Below, one piece after another: positions 45,671-59,193 of a stretch of DNA of 64,000 nt; position 1 is the first letter of the stretch; each line of letters opens with the position of its first letter. The stretch is from Marsupella aquatica. Its lineage: Eukaryota > Plantae > Marchantiophyta. Location of the stretch: NCBI GenBank assembly GCA_973895155.1, contig OZ316891.1, positions 16,393,551-16,457,550 on the forward strand, read 5' to 3'. The position numbers and the translations under genes were made by a program. The notes beneath the pieces are model-generated. The model was not told where the DNA came from, made no database searches, and saw nothing but the letters and a program-made list of their open reading frames with translations.

Positions 45671-48600
45671 TCATAAGCCATTCAAGTTCTGCCTCTCCAG
45701 CACAAGCCTGACTTTGCCTAAAGTCAAAATAGGTTGGCTACAAAGAGTCGACTCCTCAATCTCAAGTTTGAAAACATTTATGTACACCCAGTATAGATGT
45801 TTGCAAGGCATGTACGACTTGCCACGCGAATGTCGGAGGAAGAAGTCTTCACAAGAGCAAGCGGGGAAGATACAGATTTGGACAAAGTATGTGCTTGGTG
45901 ATCGATGGTTCTCATGGGTTCGAATTCGAAATTGCTTTCCAAAAGCATTTCCGGTCTGAACATTCCATTCCCCATCCAAACTCATCACTTCTTGTCGTGC
46001 AGACTCCATTCGCTTCGTGTGACCCACAGTGAGATTAGACCGAGGCCTTGAGTTCCTCCCATTCTGACTACCAAGTCGGAGATTCGGCTCCAAAAACCTT
46101 ATTGTTTCTGGGAACACGTTAACATTTATCCTGAGGTCAAAAGTAGATGGCGCAGATCGACTCAATCCTGTTGTTCGCGCTAATACAAGTCCTTGCTCTT
46201 CCAAGAATGTAATTTCAGAAGGAGACAGGCTCGTACCCTTCAGAACAGGCAAAATGTCAGGAAAAGGAGGAAGCTTTTGAACACCACGACGCGGATGACT
46301 CTTGTAACACGCTTGGTTCGGGCAAAACCAAATCATTTCGGAGATGGGTTCGCCCCTGAAGAGACGATGGCCCTTCACGACAATTCCGACAACACCTTCA
46401 GACGAATGGAAGCCAACCTTCTTGATACGATTTCGACACTCATCGCGATCCGAACTCCCATTCAGTGTACCATTGCATTGCGGACCTGCTCCATACTTTG
46501 ATGTCCGTCGCAACTGCCACTACCCCGGAGGGACATCCTTCTCTAGTACAATCGTGCGTGGAAGTTGATTCTGAAGTGTTGCTGGGGCACTGAGCGGAGG
46601 TTTTGAGGATCTTGTTGTTCGGGTTGTTTGAGGAGTATAGTCCAGTGAATCAGTATCACTCTCTGATGTGACCATACCTGAGAGATTCACCACCTTTGTG
46701 ACAGGATGATCAGAACTTGAGGGAATAGAAGAAAAGTCAGTTCTGTTCAGGTTCTTCCTTTTCAAACCACGAGTATTTGGTGTGGTTATTAGAACGGTGT
46801 CATGCCGATGGGAATCTTGTGGAGAGACAGTCCCAGTTGCATGTCCCTTCCTCTTCATTGACTTCGTCATTATATCTCCATTCAGGGGAGTACTTCTTTC
46901 CAAATCGAATTCTACTATGTTAGATAGAAGCATATTAGTCGCTTCTTCAAACAATCTTGGCGAACCTGCTTGATTGGCGGAACGGAACGCCAATTCCCAT
47001 ATAGTTGGCCCCTTCCCCCGGTTCAAGCCTTTACGGTATGCAGTGTATCCGGCAACTTGAGACAGAGCACGGTTTTGGTCAACTTTGCAAGCTTCATAAA
47101 GACCGACCTTTTTCTTTGTAGCCGAGGCTTTCATGGACGCATGCCTTGATTCTGACCCTGTACAGTTGGGGATCAAGGCACCTTCCTCAGCGCTTTTGCT
47201 TTGCCATACAAAAATGTCAACCGTAAGTAGTATTCTATTACCAGCGCCCGGCGCTGGCAACATAAATATGTAGAACAGGCCTGAAATACAATTTCAATGT
47301 TTAATACTGAATTCTAACTACATATTGGCTTCAATTTCTTGTACTACTTGTTTTGACGTGTATGGAGAAAATAACCAGCGCCTGGCGCTAATATGAAGTT
47401 GATGAACATTACAGTCTAGATAGATGGATGCCTTACCACTCGAATAAAATTGCCCCACTGGCGCCAGCGAACAACCCACCAAGATATCCAGCTTTGCAGC
47501 ATCTTCAGCTTTCCGGGGACACAGTTTCCTGATTGCCACCACACAACAATCTCTCGGGACACCCGGTATGCTACATTTCTCAGTTTCTCCCAAAGTCTCC
47601 GATGCTCCGATTGACATTCTTCCAGTACTCCTTCCTTGGAATGACGATGAAAATATTGATAAAAGTGAAATGCATCAGAGCGCTCCCTCTCCGGGTCCGG
47701 GTGTCCACCAAAAAAAACATTTCGCACTGCATTCCATCCAGCTTGTGCATTGTCGGCCATAAATCCTTGGATGACAACCTCCTGAAGTTCATTTTCTTTG
47801 CAAACCTCAATCATCACTCTCCATGCCTTTTCGAAGGACTCAGTGTCTTCACCTTTCAACTCGCATGTGAAAATTGTACATAGTGCACGGAAATTGTGGT
47901 CGTAGACGTGTGCGCTGAAAGTAAACCAATCCGTGGTGACACGCTGCATCACATCGAAACTTACCCAGGCTCCTTCGAGTCTTCCACCTGGTTGCATCTG
48001 CCTCAAAAGATCCACACCAGAACCCTGACCTTTCACGGTCATTTTAAAGATGTGAGGCCTATCGTTCTGACATCCCTGACCTGGAAGCAAATACCTCTGG
48101 AGAAACGACACATGAATCCTCCTCTGCATTTGCGAGAGAAAATCTAATTCACCCCGATCTTTTTGGTCTATCCTAACGCTCCGACAAAGAGATGCAAACT
48201 TCTGCGGAGTGGAAAGGACCATCAGAGACTTCCATATTTCAGTTTCTTCGATATCGACCATGTCGTCAACATGTTCGCAGAGAGATTTCACTAAGGACCC
48301 TGTAGCAGAATTCAAGATCCCTGCCGGTTTTGACAGAGGATTGGCTTCATGTTTTTTTTAATTAGATCCTCAGCTATCTTCTCCGCACTCCTATAGAAGG
48401 TTTTTCTACCTGGATGGTTGTGCTCACCTATATGAATTGCAAGGCGGGACATATGACTGCATGTTTCCGCATCAAGTAATACTTGGGGGTACATGTAAAA
48501 CAAACGGGCAGGGCAGTACTTCACACAAAAAGGAATCTGTTCGCAGTAATGACAAACAACACCTCCCTCTTCGATGAAAGATCCCACAGCATACTGACCA

Positions 48601-49406
48601 CTGAGCTTTGGAGTACCCTGCCATGCCTTAGCATTTGCCTTCTTCTTCCTTTGGAAATAGTCACAGGACTTGTTCCTGCATTCAATGAATCCCATACAGG
48701 TAACCTTCCCAAACTGCCAAAGGTTTTTAGGATGAACAGTTGCAGTTGTTGGAAATATGCGTGTCCAAATGAAATAATCTTTGGCACGATCCATGTCCCT
48801 AAGCCTAGAGCCTTTAGAGAGCATCTTATCAATGGGCGGCAACTCAAACACGACGTTACCATTGTACTTAGTTGGCAGACAGGACACTTGTTCATGCCTA
48901 AAATGACCCGCTGATATGAACCGTGACAACTCACTATGACCAGTTGATTTGAGTAACGTATCCATCGCACTACGGCGGTACACGACCTCCAACTGCTTAG
49001 AGCTTCCCGGAGTCTCAACTTTCACGACAGCAAGGAGCGGGCTTTTCTTCTTCGACGGTGGACTTAGAGTACGATCTCCATCCTCACTTGAAGAAATCTC
49101 AACCACATCACATGGAACCGGCGGGAAACTGGACAGTCCTGCATGCTGTCTTAAACGAACCGAGTACGAGATCCCTGCGTAGAGATGCCAAAACCGTTCA
49201 CCGTCATCGACATTGAACGTTGCAGCATCCTCGATATCATCAATGGATTCAAGCTCTCGAACAATGGCCTCAATGTCATTCATCTTCAAATCAAATCTCC
49301 CGCAGAGATACCTCTCCCGGACCTGCTTGTACGTATCTTCCATGGGGATGGGGATAGTCACAATATCTTCAGAACCGAATCGAGAAAGAACGATAGACCG
49401 AGACAT
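45671..49406 (-). pseudogene. Mutator-like transposase of copy 2 (frameshift ~48350, AG>AA acceptor at ~47201, stop at 46520)
   Basis: Collinear with copy 1; same GEHNHP, SFDVM, MADNAQ, SDAFH, GSESRH and SWIM motifs. Confidence 0.85.
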
Positions 49407-50370
49407 GGTGAACAAAAACAAAAACCGAGGGCTATAGCGTTTGAAAGAAGAAAAGTTCATGGTATTGTTCAGCTTATATCTGTCGAACCTGGGAATTTGA
49501 CGTTAACCGATCCGTTTGTATACGACATAAAACATAGATGATGGAGGATCCGTTGGCACCATAAATGATTTTTGTCATTTTTTCCCCGAGAAGTCCGGAT
49601 GTCAGACACGAACATATTGCTAAAAAGATCACCAACCTTACTTAAACAGACCATAAGATATGACAAGGTATTGTCAAATTTTAGTAGCGCCTGGCGCTAA
49701 CTAAAATACGCCACTAAAAATGTGTCTGAAATCTCGACATTCCAAACTAGCGCCCGGCGCTAGTATAGAATAAATTCCCTTAAAATGAACATTATGACCA
49801 CATACCAGGTGGTAATTGGGAATAAATGGTGCCTTCAAAGGATGGGTTTGATTGATTATGGATGATAAATGAACATTTATACTAGCGCCGGGCGCTAGTA
49901 TTACATTTGAGAAATATTTCTCCGCAAACGATGTACTGAAGGATACTTTAATAAAATATGGGGGTGGAAAGGCCGAAATTTATGTCATAGCTCCTTCAAA
50001 AAAGACCTCTAAATTTCTTCCAGTTTATACTAGCGTCGGGCGCTATTATAAGCATACTCTAAATTGTTCACCTTGATGGTCATCATTAATGCTAGCGCCC
50101 GGCGCTAGTATTGATATGATGTTAGGAAATATCTTTAACGGTAACATTCAACGGTAACTTATGACTTCCGTGTGTGTTACGCATCTTCTACCGTTTGATT
50201 TTGGTAATTAAACCTTCCGTATACAGACGTTGGAAACCGCCAAACATCAGAGCTAATGGCTTTCCTCTAGGTTATGTCATCCTCCCGCTAGAATATATTA
50301 CATGTTCAGAGATGATTATAGTTCCATAATTTCATTGTACGATAGGTCGTGCGCTTCTAGAAGGAAGACG

Positions 50371-53300
50371 ATGGAGGTATTCCCCTCTTCTTCCAGAGGG
50401 TATAGTGCGGTTCTTGACCAGGAGCGAGCTTATTCTGAATCTTCGCAGTCTTCATTTACTGGTTCAGTCTATACACGTCGTGTAACTCGTTCCTCAAAGT
50501 TGTTGCCGCTCACTTCTGTCAGCGGTGTTTTGGGTCCAAATCCTTTGCGAAGAAAGATGGACAACGTAGACATAATTGCGATCCAGGATGTTGCGGATTG
50601 CGCGCTTGCTGAGACTGATCTCATTTCGAAGCATGTCATGTCTTTTGGAAAGGATTCTCATGGATTTGACAAGGAGCCGCCTCGAATCCCTCTATGTCGA
50701 TTGGTTCACATGGAGGTGGTTCGTACTCTGCAGAAAGACAGCTCTTCCATCGAGAAGCTGAAAGACTCTTTTCATAGTATGGGTTACAACTCTTCGATAG
50801 GGATGCATTTCTATGTGCAGCCAACGGATGAGAATGGAATTGTTCTGACTTGTACCCAGGACATTCGTGATTCATGGGATCCAATATGGCAATTGGAGAA
50901 TGAGAAGTTTGAGGCTGAATGCGAGGCTGACCCGGATTTTCTCGTCTTGAAGGATAAGATGTTATCTGTATTCGATGGAAATCACAGGCTGTACTCCTGG
51001 ACGCTTGTAACAGAGGAGAACCCGGACAATCCAAAATATCATCCTCGTGTGCTCTGTACAATATTTAAAGTAGACAAGGGATCTCTCATTGAAATTGAGG
51101 CAGCTATGCACACCGTGAATCAGTAAGTTCTCATGATTTCTAGTTCTTTCTTTAAATCTTGCGAGTGTTGTATTTACTAGTGCTCGGCGCTGCTTATACA
51201 TGAATTGTTTTTCATTGACTCTTACTCTCAACGTTTGTTCGTGTAGGCTTGGCCAAGCAGTTGTAGAGCCTTCCTGGATCCTAGATGCGGACAGAATCAA
51301 ACGAATTCTGGCGCATGACCTTGAGTATTACAGTAAACTGATTGACCCAGGTAATTTCAAGAAGTTTGAAAGCATTCGGCTGAAAACTCGGAAGGGGTCA
51401 TGGTATACGAAGAAGATGCCACAAGAAGCACTTGTTTACATTCTTTGTGAGAATAAGATAAAGTCGTACTCGCATCAATTCAAACTCGACATGGAGGCAG
51501 CGGAGGCTCAAGGGAGTCCATGGTCGGCGGACGAGATTTCAAAACGGCATGCGGCCATGATGAAAGACGCAACCAAAGATTGGGCAGTGAAGTCTTCAAA
51601 AATTACGCCCTTATTAAGTCCTGAATTTGAAGATTTCCTCAGTACATGTGCAGAAATGTATGTTGTCACAGAGAGAAACAAGAGAGAGAAGAAGCCTGAC
51701 ACCGTTGTATGTACGATGGACCGCGCACGATTGTTCACCGCTGTTTCTGCTCTAGACCCAAAGTTACGAAGCACTTTACTTGTGGCACATTGCAATCCTG
51801 AGCTGCGGAGACAGTTTTTTCACCCAGCAAGTGTTAACGATGATCCAGTCAAACAGTGGTGCCACACTTGGATCACATGGAATAGTGTGGAGGGAATTGT
51901 TGTTGGCATGTTACATTCATGTCTACGTGAAGTTGAGCAAACCATGCCCGCAAATAGATTGGAAGAGTGGAATTGTAGTTCGTTTGATGATCTAGTTCAG
52001 TTTGTTACAAATGAATTCAAGAGATTTGGTGATTCCGTGAAGAATAAGTTCTTTCACACTATGTGGCCTTCAAAGTACCCTGACAAAGAAGATTACACCC
52101 AGAGAAACCAGAAGCGAGCGAAGAGGTTTGTGTATAGGTTCTACATGCACATGGAGGTAACCAAACCTGATTACTTCTGGGCATATCCTGCAGCTTTTAT
52201 GAAGTGGATTTCGATAAGTGAAGATGATGCCTTGGCTGATTTGTACTCTATGTACCCCACGGAGGGCATATTTCCTCCGAGACCAATGACAGAATGGGAG
52301 AGAACTCACTGCCCCTGGTATCTAGATACAGATAGATGGGATTCTCCTTTTGATCAAAGGGAAAAAAATGCCTTCCATAAGCTTTCAAAGTCTCAGATAC
52401 CAGCAAAACTTGTGTCCGACATGAAGCAGGGTCTACTTGACGATGTAGACAAGTCTACCACAAACTTGCAAACTATCTGTGAAACAACTGTTGTGCATGT
52501 GGACCGGAGTCGCAAACCTCGCGCGAAAGCCAAAGCGGAGCTAGCAGCACCGAGCGAGTCTACTAAATCTGGAAAGAAGAGTAAGTATTGCTATCCATGA
52601 TTTTGCCAGCGCCTGGCGCTGGCAATAAATATTATGTTGAGGGTATTCTCTTTCTTGGTTATTAGGCTTCGGTTGCAACTTAAGTGAATTTCATTTGGTT
52701 AGCGCCAGGCGCTAGCTTCTTTGAATACTTTAAAAGTACTTATTCTAACTACGACCTGGTTATATTTTAGGAGGGAGGAAGTCTAATACGGTGGGAACGG
52801 GAGATACTAAAAAGGATGCTACACCTGAAGTTTCCGAGGCAAACACGGGAGCTCGATCGGACCCCATTACTCCAGTCGACAAAGGGAAGGTTATAGTTCC
52901 TATCGACGCCACGAGTACCAGGAAGAAACGAAAGAGAGCTGTCAAAGGTGGGCAATCTTTAAGGGAGAGTGTTATAGCTTCTGGTTTCCAACGTGAAGTT
53001 GGAAACTTCAAAACAACTGTGGCTCGCCATTGCATGGTTGAGACAAGCCTTTCTGAATTTTTTGACTCAACGTTCAACAAGGAGGAGAAGCCCGAGTGGG
53101 TTAGTGATGTGGAGAAATGGGGAAAAGACCTCGTTAAGTTCGGATTTAAAGAGAAGGGAGTTGTTCGGGGGGGAAAAGTAAGATCGTTTGGAGTGGATGT
53201 CGGCTTCATTTACCTACCAACCGGGTTCAAACCATCTATCATTGATAAGAAGGTTCCTAAATGGAACATTCCAGATCACTCAATGGCGAGATCTTTTTTC

Positions 53301-54043
53301 AAATCCATGGATCCATTTTTATCAGATGATGGGTTCCTTGTAATTCTACACAATGGGGAGTACGATCCCATGTCGCAAGTCATTGCTGCCTGTCAGGAGT
53401 CAAGGAAATTTCAGTGTATATGCTCGCATAATGTTGTGATGTCTGACCCGATGTATGCGGCAAAGACAGACCGAGAGATGTTTACCCTCAGGCTCAACAT
53501 ATTTGGCCGAATTAATGGGAAATGTAAAATTCCCAAAGACCCCAAATTTCGGCCGCTGTCCATCAGTGAGGACCCTTCGGTTACCAATTAGATCGGACTC
53601 TCTTCGCTCAAATCAGATCCATTCCCGCAAATGGAGTTTGCTGGAAATGCTCGTCTGTGGGTTTTATGCAATCTATTATAGAGCTTGTCACACGACTTCG
53701 TGATATTTTTATGGATTGGACTGCTGGGGCTGGAGGCTCTTACATTGTTGGCGACTTCTCTGGATGATTTGTACTCGGGATAGAACACCGGAAATAATTT
53801 ATTGAAACCGCTTCAAAGGTTTTCATGGATTTGTTGTCTCCCAAAGAGATTGCAGTGTTACCTCCACCTGTTCCTACTGCCGACAGAAAAAAGAGAGATA
53901 AGCTTCGGTCGGTTCTCAATTTTGATTCTGATGATGAATCGAGTGAAGGTGGAGAGTAACAAGGTACAAGAAACTCTGAGGAGGAAAAGGGAGAGCGTCG
54001 TGCAGCTGCAGATGAAACCGATAGTGATGACTCTTCTGAGTAA
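50371..54043 (+). pseudogene. ParB-like + DNA MTase-fold fusion of copy 2; 3 exons, C-terminal part decayed
   Basis: Exons 50371-51122, 51247-52580, 52771-54043. FDGNHRL; VDVGFIYLPTG; DIFMDWTAGAGGS after a stop at 53589 and a frameshift near 53655. Confidence 0.75.
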
Positions 54044-54457
54044 TGTTCATAAACTCGTAAGCTTCTTTCTCCATTCCCGTCAATTCATAACATTTCTTTT
54101 GTTGTTTTGGGAAAAGGTGCCTTACAAAATGGACTTTGTTATATCAGGTCAGAGTGGAATGCAAGGAGACGATTCAAACTACGGAGGAAGATCGCGAGAC
54201 ACAACGTAGAAACACCGGAAAAACCGTTTGTTCTTCCCTCCTATGCAGAGAAAGCCGCAAGGAAAGCAGAAAGTGCAAGGACACTTTGCTGGGAAAACAA
54301 AGGTCTTCAGTTACGAAGGGGTGTTGACCGAAAGTTCATTAAACATCCTTATGTTGATGACTTCTCCCGCAGCCAGTACGTAGATGATGAGGCTGTGTCC
54401 ACGGACAGATCCCAGAGTACAGATTCTGGTTCCGACTCAGAATCTTCGGAACCGTGA
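54043..54457 (+). CDS. Small spliced gene 3 of copy 2 (~107 aa, unknown)
   Basis: ATG overlaps the upstream TAA; intron 54057-54147 gives MFINSSEWNARRRF...; conserved with copy 1. Confidence 0.6.
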
Positions 54458-54687
54458 GAAGTAGTGGGTAGTTGAGGCTAAATCTTTTAGCAGCGCCCGG
54501 CGCTTGTAACAAGTGTATTATTTCCCTCTGCTGAGGGTCCTTTGAAATTGTTGATTTCTCTCTACTTGTTGATTACTTTTGACTTTTGTTCTTTACAAGC
54601 GCCTGGCGCTCGCCAAATGGAATCTCTAAATGGCCGTTTAGTCAGTCGTCGGATTGTGTTCTTTAGTCAGTCGTCGGAAAACCATTG

Positions 54688-54905
54688 GGGACCATAGTTT
54701 AGGGACTGGGCGGAAGGGACGACTATAGTTTCCGTTTAGGTTTGTTCGGGACGACGAGAGTTGGGGACGTCGATAGTTGAGGACGACGATAGTTTCGGGA
54801 AGACGATAGAACGGGACGTTAGAGCAGGGCGAGAGAACGGGACGATACCTGTTACCAAGGCGAAGATAGTTTCAGGAGGCAATAGAACAGGACGATGATA
54901 GTTTG
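54688..54905 (+). repeat. Degenerate short tandem repeats (GGACGACGATAGTT-like)
   Basis: About 8-10 imperfect units visible. Confidence 0.65.
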
Positions 54906-55053
54906 ATGGTCGTTTCGGAATGGTAGTGTACGCGGACCTTTATCTGGCGTCTTAGTCTTCGCGGACCTTTCTTTGACCTTTGTCGGCTATAGCACTCGCG
55001 GATGACGTTCTTACGGGAGGAGAGGTTACATATTAGATCGGGATCTTTGGAAC

Positions 55054-55515
55054 ATGGCGAGTCAGTATGAGCCAATGGATTGGGAGGCAGCTTTTTGTCC
55101 TTCTTGTGTGCGTCCGAAAGAGAGCCATTTCAGCTCTTTTGAATCGCGGATGGAGACTGAAGAAACTGAAACTTCCACTTTTCGGAACCGTCATGCTCTC
55201 CCGTATGATGAGGCTATTAGTCCTGGGGAGAAGAACATCCCTTGGATTGTCGATTCCCCTATGCCTCCGTTCTCTAGTCGGTTTTCGTCTCACTTGGGAG
55301 TTCTTGTTGATGGGGTACTCCCAATCGATCGAAGAGTACAAGAAATGTTCGGGCAAGTTGATTTTAAGGACAGTAATATTCCTAATGAACATTTTACGAG
55401 GGCTGTTTGTCGAGGACCTTCAGAGGGATACGTTCGTTTGCGTGGTCTCGGCTTCAAGAAAGATCGGCGGAGAGAAGCAGCAGGAGTGGATGATGATTGC
55501 AACTCAGAAAGCTAG
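55054..55515 (+). CDS. Gene 4 of copy 2, 153 aa, unknown function
   Basis: Open frame conserved at protein level with copy 1. Confidence 0.68.
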   Translation: MASQYEPMDWEAAFCPSCVRPKESHFSSFESRMETEETETSTFRNRHALPYDEAISPGEKNIPWIVDSPMPPFSSRFSSHLGVLVDGVLPIDRRVQEMFGQVDFKDSNIPNEHFTRAVCRGPSEGYVRLRGLGFKKDRRREAAGVDDDCNSES

Positions 55516-58500
55516 ATGGAAATTTCATTTTGCTGATCGCTTTAAGCTAGTGCCGGGCGCTGCTAAAGTTTTCCGGATTTTGTGGCATTGAAGTCGACCT
55601 CAGCTCTGGTGTTAGGGTTTTCCCGGTTGTCTACTATTTAGGTTTTGGCTAGCGCCGGGCGCTATTGAAACGACAACGGATTTTGTGGGAGGGAATGGAT
55701 CTTGACTATGTTGTCTGGGTTTGGACGCATCTTGTCTCCAAGAAACGACTAGTTTTCTAGTTAGTTTTTGGCTAGCGCCGAGCACTGTTCATGTATTAGT
55801 CGAAAACCTCCGACGGTGTCGACCGTGACTTCATGGATGGGATTTTTAGGCCAGATTGTTGATGTTGATAACTGCATTTTGTATCACTTAAGCCGAGCGC
55901 ATTTTCTATTTTGCGATAATATATGCGAATGTTTTTTCCGGCCTTTCTTTTCTACTTGTATTTGTCTTGGATTTTGTGTATCTCAATTGGCAGCCGTCTT
56001 TTATGTTTCAAAAAATTGTTCCTGTGTTGTTCTTTTATTTATCACGAGGGTTTGGTGGTTTTGTTTTCTATTCTTGTACTTTCAAATGGAGATTTTGAGA
56101 CCTTTTTTTAAGATCACTGTTCACGACCATCCAAACACTGTTCACTGGTAACAGCTCCTTTTAACTGGTACCAGAATCTGTTTCCTGTTACTGTTATCTG
56201 TTTGCTGTCGTTTGTAAATTCCCCCCGGCAAGGGGACAGTCTGTGGGCACCAAGGAAGAAACTGATTCGGCTATTACAGCCGAGATTCCAGTTTATGGAG
56301 GTATGAGACTGGAGAGACTGGAAGCCGAGCTGGACCCGAATTTGAAGAAGCAGATTAATATGATCCAAGCGCGGCAATACCGGAAGCTCGACTTAGGAGA
56401 AGGAAGGGAACTAAACTTAGGGAGAGACCTAGCACCTGAGCTTGAGAAAGAGATCAGTGACTTATTGATTGAATTTCAGGATGTGTTTGCATGGAGTCAC
56501 CAAGATCTAAAGGGAGTAGATCCAACATTAGGGGAACATCGAATTGATCTCATGTTAGGAGCCAAATCATTTCGACAACCAATTCGAAGGATGAACCCGA
56601 AGTATTCCTTGTTGGTCAAAACGGAAATCGACAAACTAGTGGAAGCTGGATTCATCACTCCAGTCCTGCATTCAGATTGGGTGTCTCCAATTGTGATAGT
56701 TCCCAAGAAAGCTGGACCCGACGGTAAACCCAAGATCCGGGTTTGTCAAGATTACAGGAAACTGAATGAAGCGACGTTAAAAGACCATTTTCCCTTACCC
56801 TTTACTGATATGGTACTAGACATGGTAGCCAGTCATGAACTATATTCATTCATGGATGGGTACTCTGGTTATAACCAAATCAGGATTCGGCAGGAAGACC
56901 AAATCAAGACGGCCTTCATCACGGAATGGGGGATGTATGTCTTCAATCGTATGCCGTTTGGACTCTGTAACGCACCAGCTATGTTCCAATGATTGATGGT
57001 AAACATTTTTCATGATTACTTGAGAAAGTTCATGGAAATCTTCATTGATGACTTTGCAATATTCGGGAAGGCATCGAAACATGCTAAATACCTCAGGAAA
57101 ACCTTCATGAGATGCAGAGAGGTAGGTCTCAAGTTACACCTAGATAAATGTTTCTTTGCAGTAACCGAGGGGGTGCTACTAGGTCACAAGGTATCAAGGA
57201 AGGGCATTGAGATTGACAAAGGTAAGCTAGCAGTATGGCTAGATATCATGCAACCTAAGAACATAAAGGATGTAAGATCCTTCTTGGGATGCATTGGTTA
57301 CTATCGCCGGTTCATCAAGGATTTTGCCAAACTAGCTTTACCATTAACCAACATGCTCAAGGCAGGAGCAGACTTCGAACCCACACCCGAACGAGTCACA
57401 GCGGTGGTAGAATTGAAGCAGATGTTAGTAGAGGCCCCAGTCATGATAGCACCGGACTGGAACAAAGATTTTCATGTTTTTGTAGATGTCTCGGGCTTCT
57501 GTATCGGCTCAGTACTAAGTCAGTTGGATGAGAAAGGAAGGGACCATCCCATATACTTCGCAAGCCGTCAGCTTGCCGATGCCGAACGGAACTACTCCAC
57601 CACAAAGAGGGAAGCATTAGGAGTCATTTATTCCTGTAAAAAGTTTAGGCATTATTTACTAGGGTACAAGGTAATCTTTCATACCGATCATGAAAGTTTG
57701 AAGTACCTAGTCAATAAGCCGGACCTTACAGGCAGAGTAGCAAGATGGATTTTGCTATTACAGGAGTTTGACTATGAGCTGAGGATCAAGCCGGGAAAGT
57801 TACACTCCAATGCCAACTTCTTTTCAAGAATCACAGGTGAACCTGCCATGGATTGCATCGATGATCGATTCCCCGACGAGGAACTATTCGTTGTGGAAAT
57901 AGCTGATACATGGTACCCTGAGATTTTACATTTTCTCAGCACTTCCAGATTACAGCCAGGGTTAAGCCGAGAACAAGCCGCAGTCTTTTTGCGGAAGGTC
58001 AGACAGTATCAGTACATTAAGGGTGTACTGCACAAGCATGGAATCAACGGCACGATTCAAAGGTGTTTGGAAAAGGGAGAGGTAAAGCGAGTCCTACGGG
58101 CCATGCATGGACATTTTGCCCCAGTAACCACGTCTAAAAAGATATTAAATGCCGGTTACTGGTGGCCCACCTTGCACAAGGATGTCTATCAGTTTAACAA
58201 ACAATGCGATCCTTGTCAACGAGCGGGAGGACCAAGGGCGTCCACCAGACATCCACTGCACCCTATTCTACCTCTGGCACCATTTGAGAAGTGGGGTATT
58301 GATTACATCGGCCCTCTGAAACCACTGACCCACCCTCGATGAAACAAGTACATAATCCTGGCTACGGATTATGCAACTAAATGGGTAGAGGCCAGACCGA
58401 CCACGAAGGATGATGCAATTACTATGGCTAGATTCATGTATGAGCAGATCTTCACCAGGTATGGTGCACCCCTAGAATTAGTTAGTGATAGAGGAACCCA

Positions 58501-59180
58501 TTTTCTGAATGATATAATTAGTCGTTTAAATGAGCAGTATTTAGTTAGACTTAGGCCTACTACCCCCTACCATCCAAAGGCAAATGGGTTGACAAAACAA
58601 GCAAACGGAATTATAGGAAAGATATTGAACAAGAAGTAGCTCAGAACAAACTCGATTGGGATGATAAATTGTTTGCTGCTGTTTTTGCTTACAATCTAGC
58701 CTATAAATCCACTACCGGTCATACACCCTTCTTCTTGACCTTTGGACAAGAAGCCCTGGTACCCATGCAACTTGAGATACCGACATTTCAAGTTACAATT
58801 GAGGAAAGAGCCTCAGCGGAGGAGAGCCTAAAGGAGCGACAATATAGGATAGAAGCTTTAGAGGAGGCGAGAATGATTTCAGCCGAGAGAGTAGAATATA
58901 GACAGAATATCATGAAGCAGCAGTATGATAAAAAGTTGAAAGTAGTTAGTATTCACACCGGTGATCTTGTATTACTTTATGACAGTAAGTATAGTAGGTT
59001 TCCAGTGAAGCTTTACACTCGCTGGTTAGGACCCTTTAGAGTAACCATGAAGTTCTCCAATGGCTCCGTACAATTGGCCAACATTACGGGAGAAGTGTAT
59101 CCAGTTTGCATCCATTATGACCGCCTCAAGAAATACTATATGGACGAAGATGAAGTTGTTCGCGAGGACGCTTCACAATT

Positions 59181-59190
59181 AAGTGGGGAG
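59181..59190 (+). promoter_or_regulatory. Polypurine tract of element B
   Basis: AAGTGGGGAG followed by CTA then the LTR, same layout as element A. Confidence 0.75.
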
Positions 59191-59193
59191 CTA

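Larger units (their letters stand above)
44957..56224. mobile_element. Mutator-like DNA transposon, copy 2 (11.3 kb), diverged relative of copy 1
   Basis: TSD CCGGCAAG (44949-44956, 56225-56232; 8 bp, or 9 if the boundary G is counted). Ends GGGTATG...GTCGTTTGTAAATTCCCC; same four-gene order as copy 1. Confidence 0.92.

Noticed and set aside
44957-56224. Copy 2 as a local segmental duplication of copy 1
   Set aside because: Different TSDs and target sites, strongly diverged non-coding DNA, different intron content.
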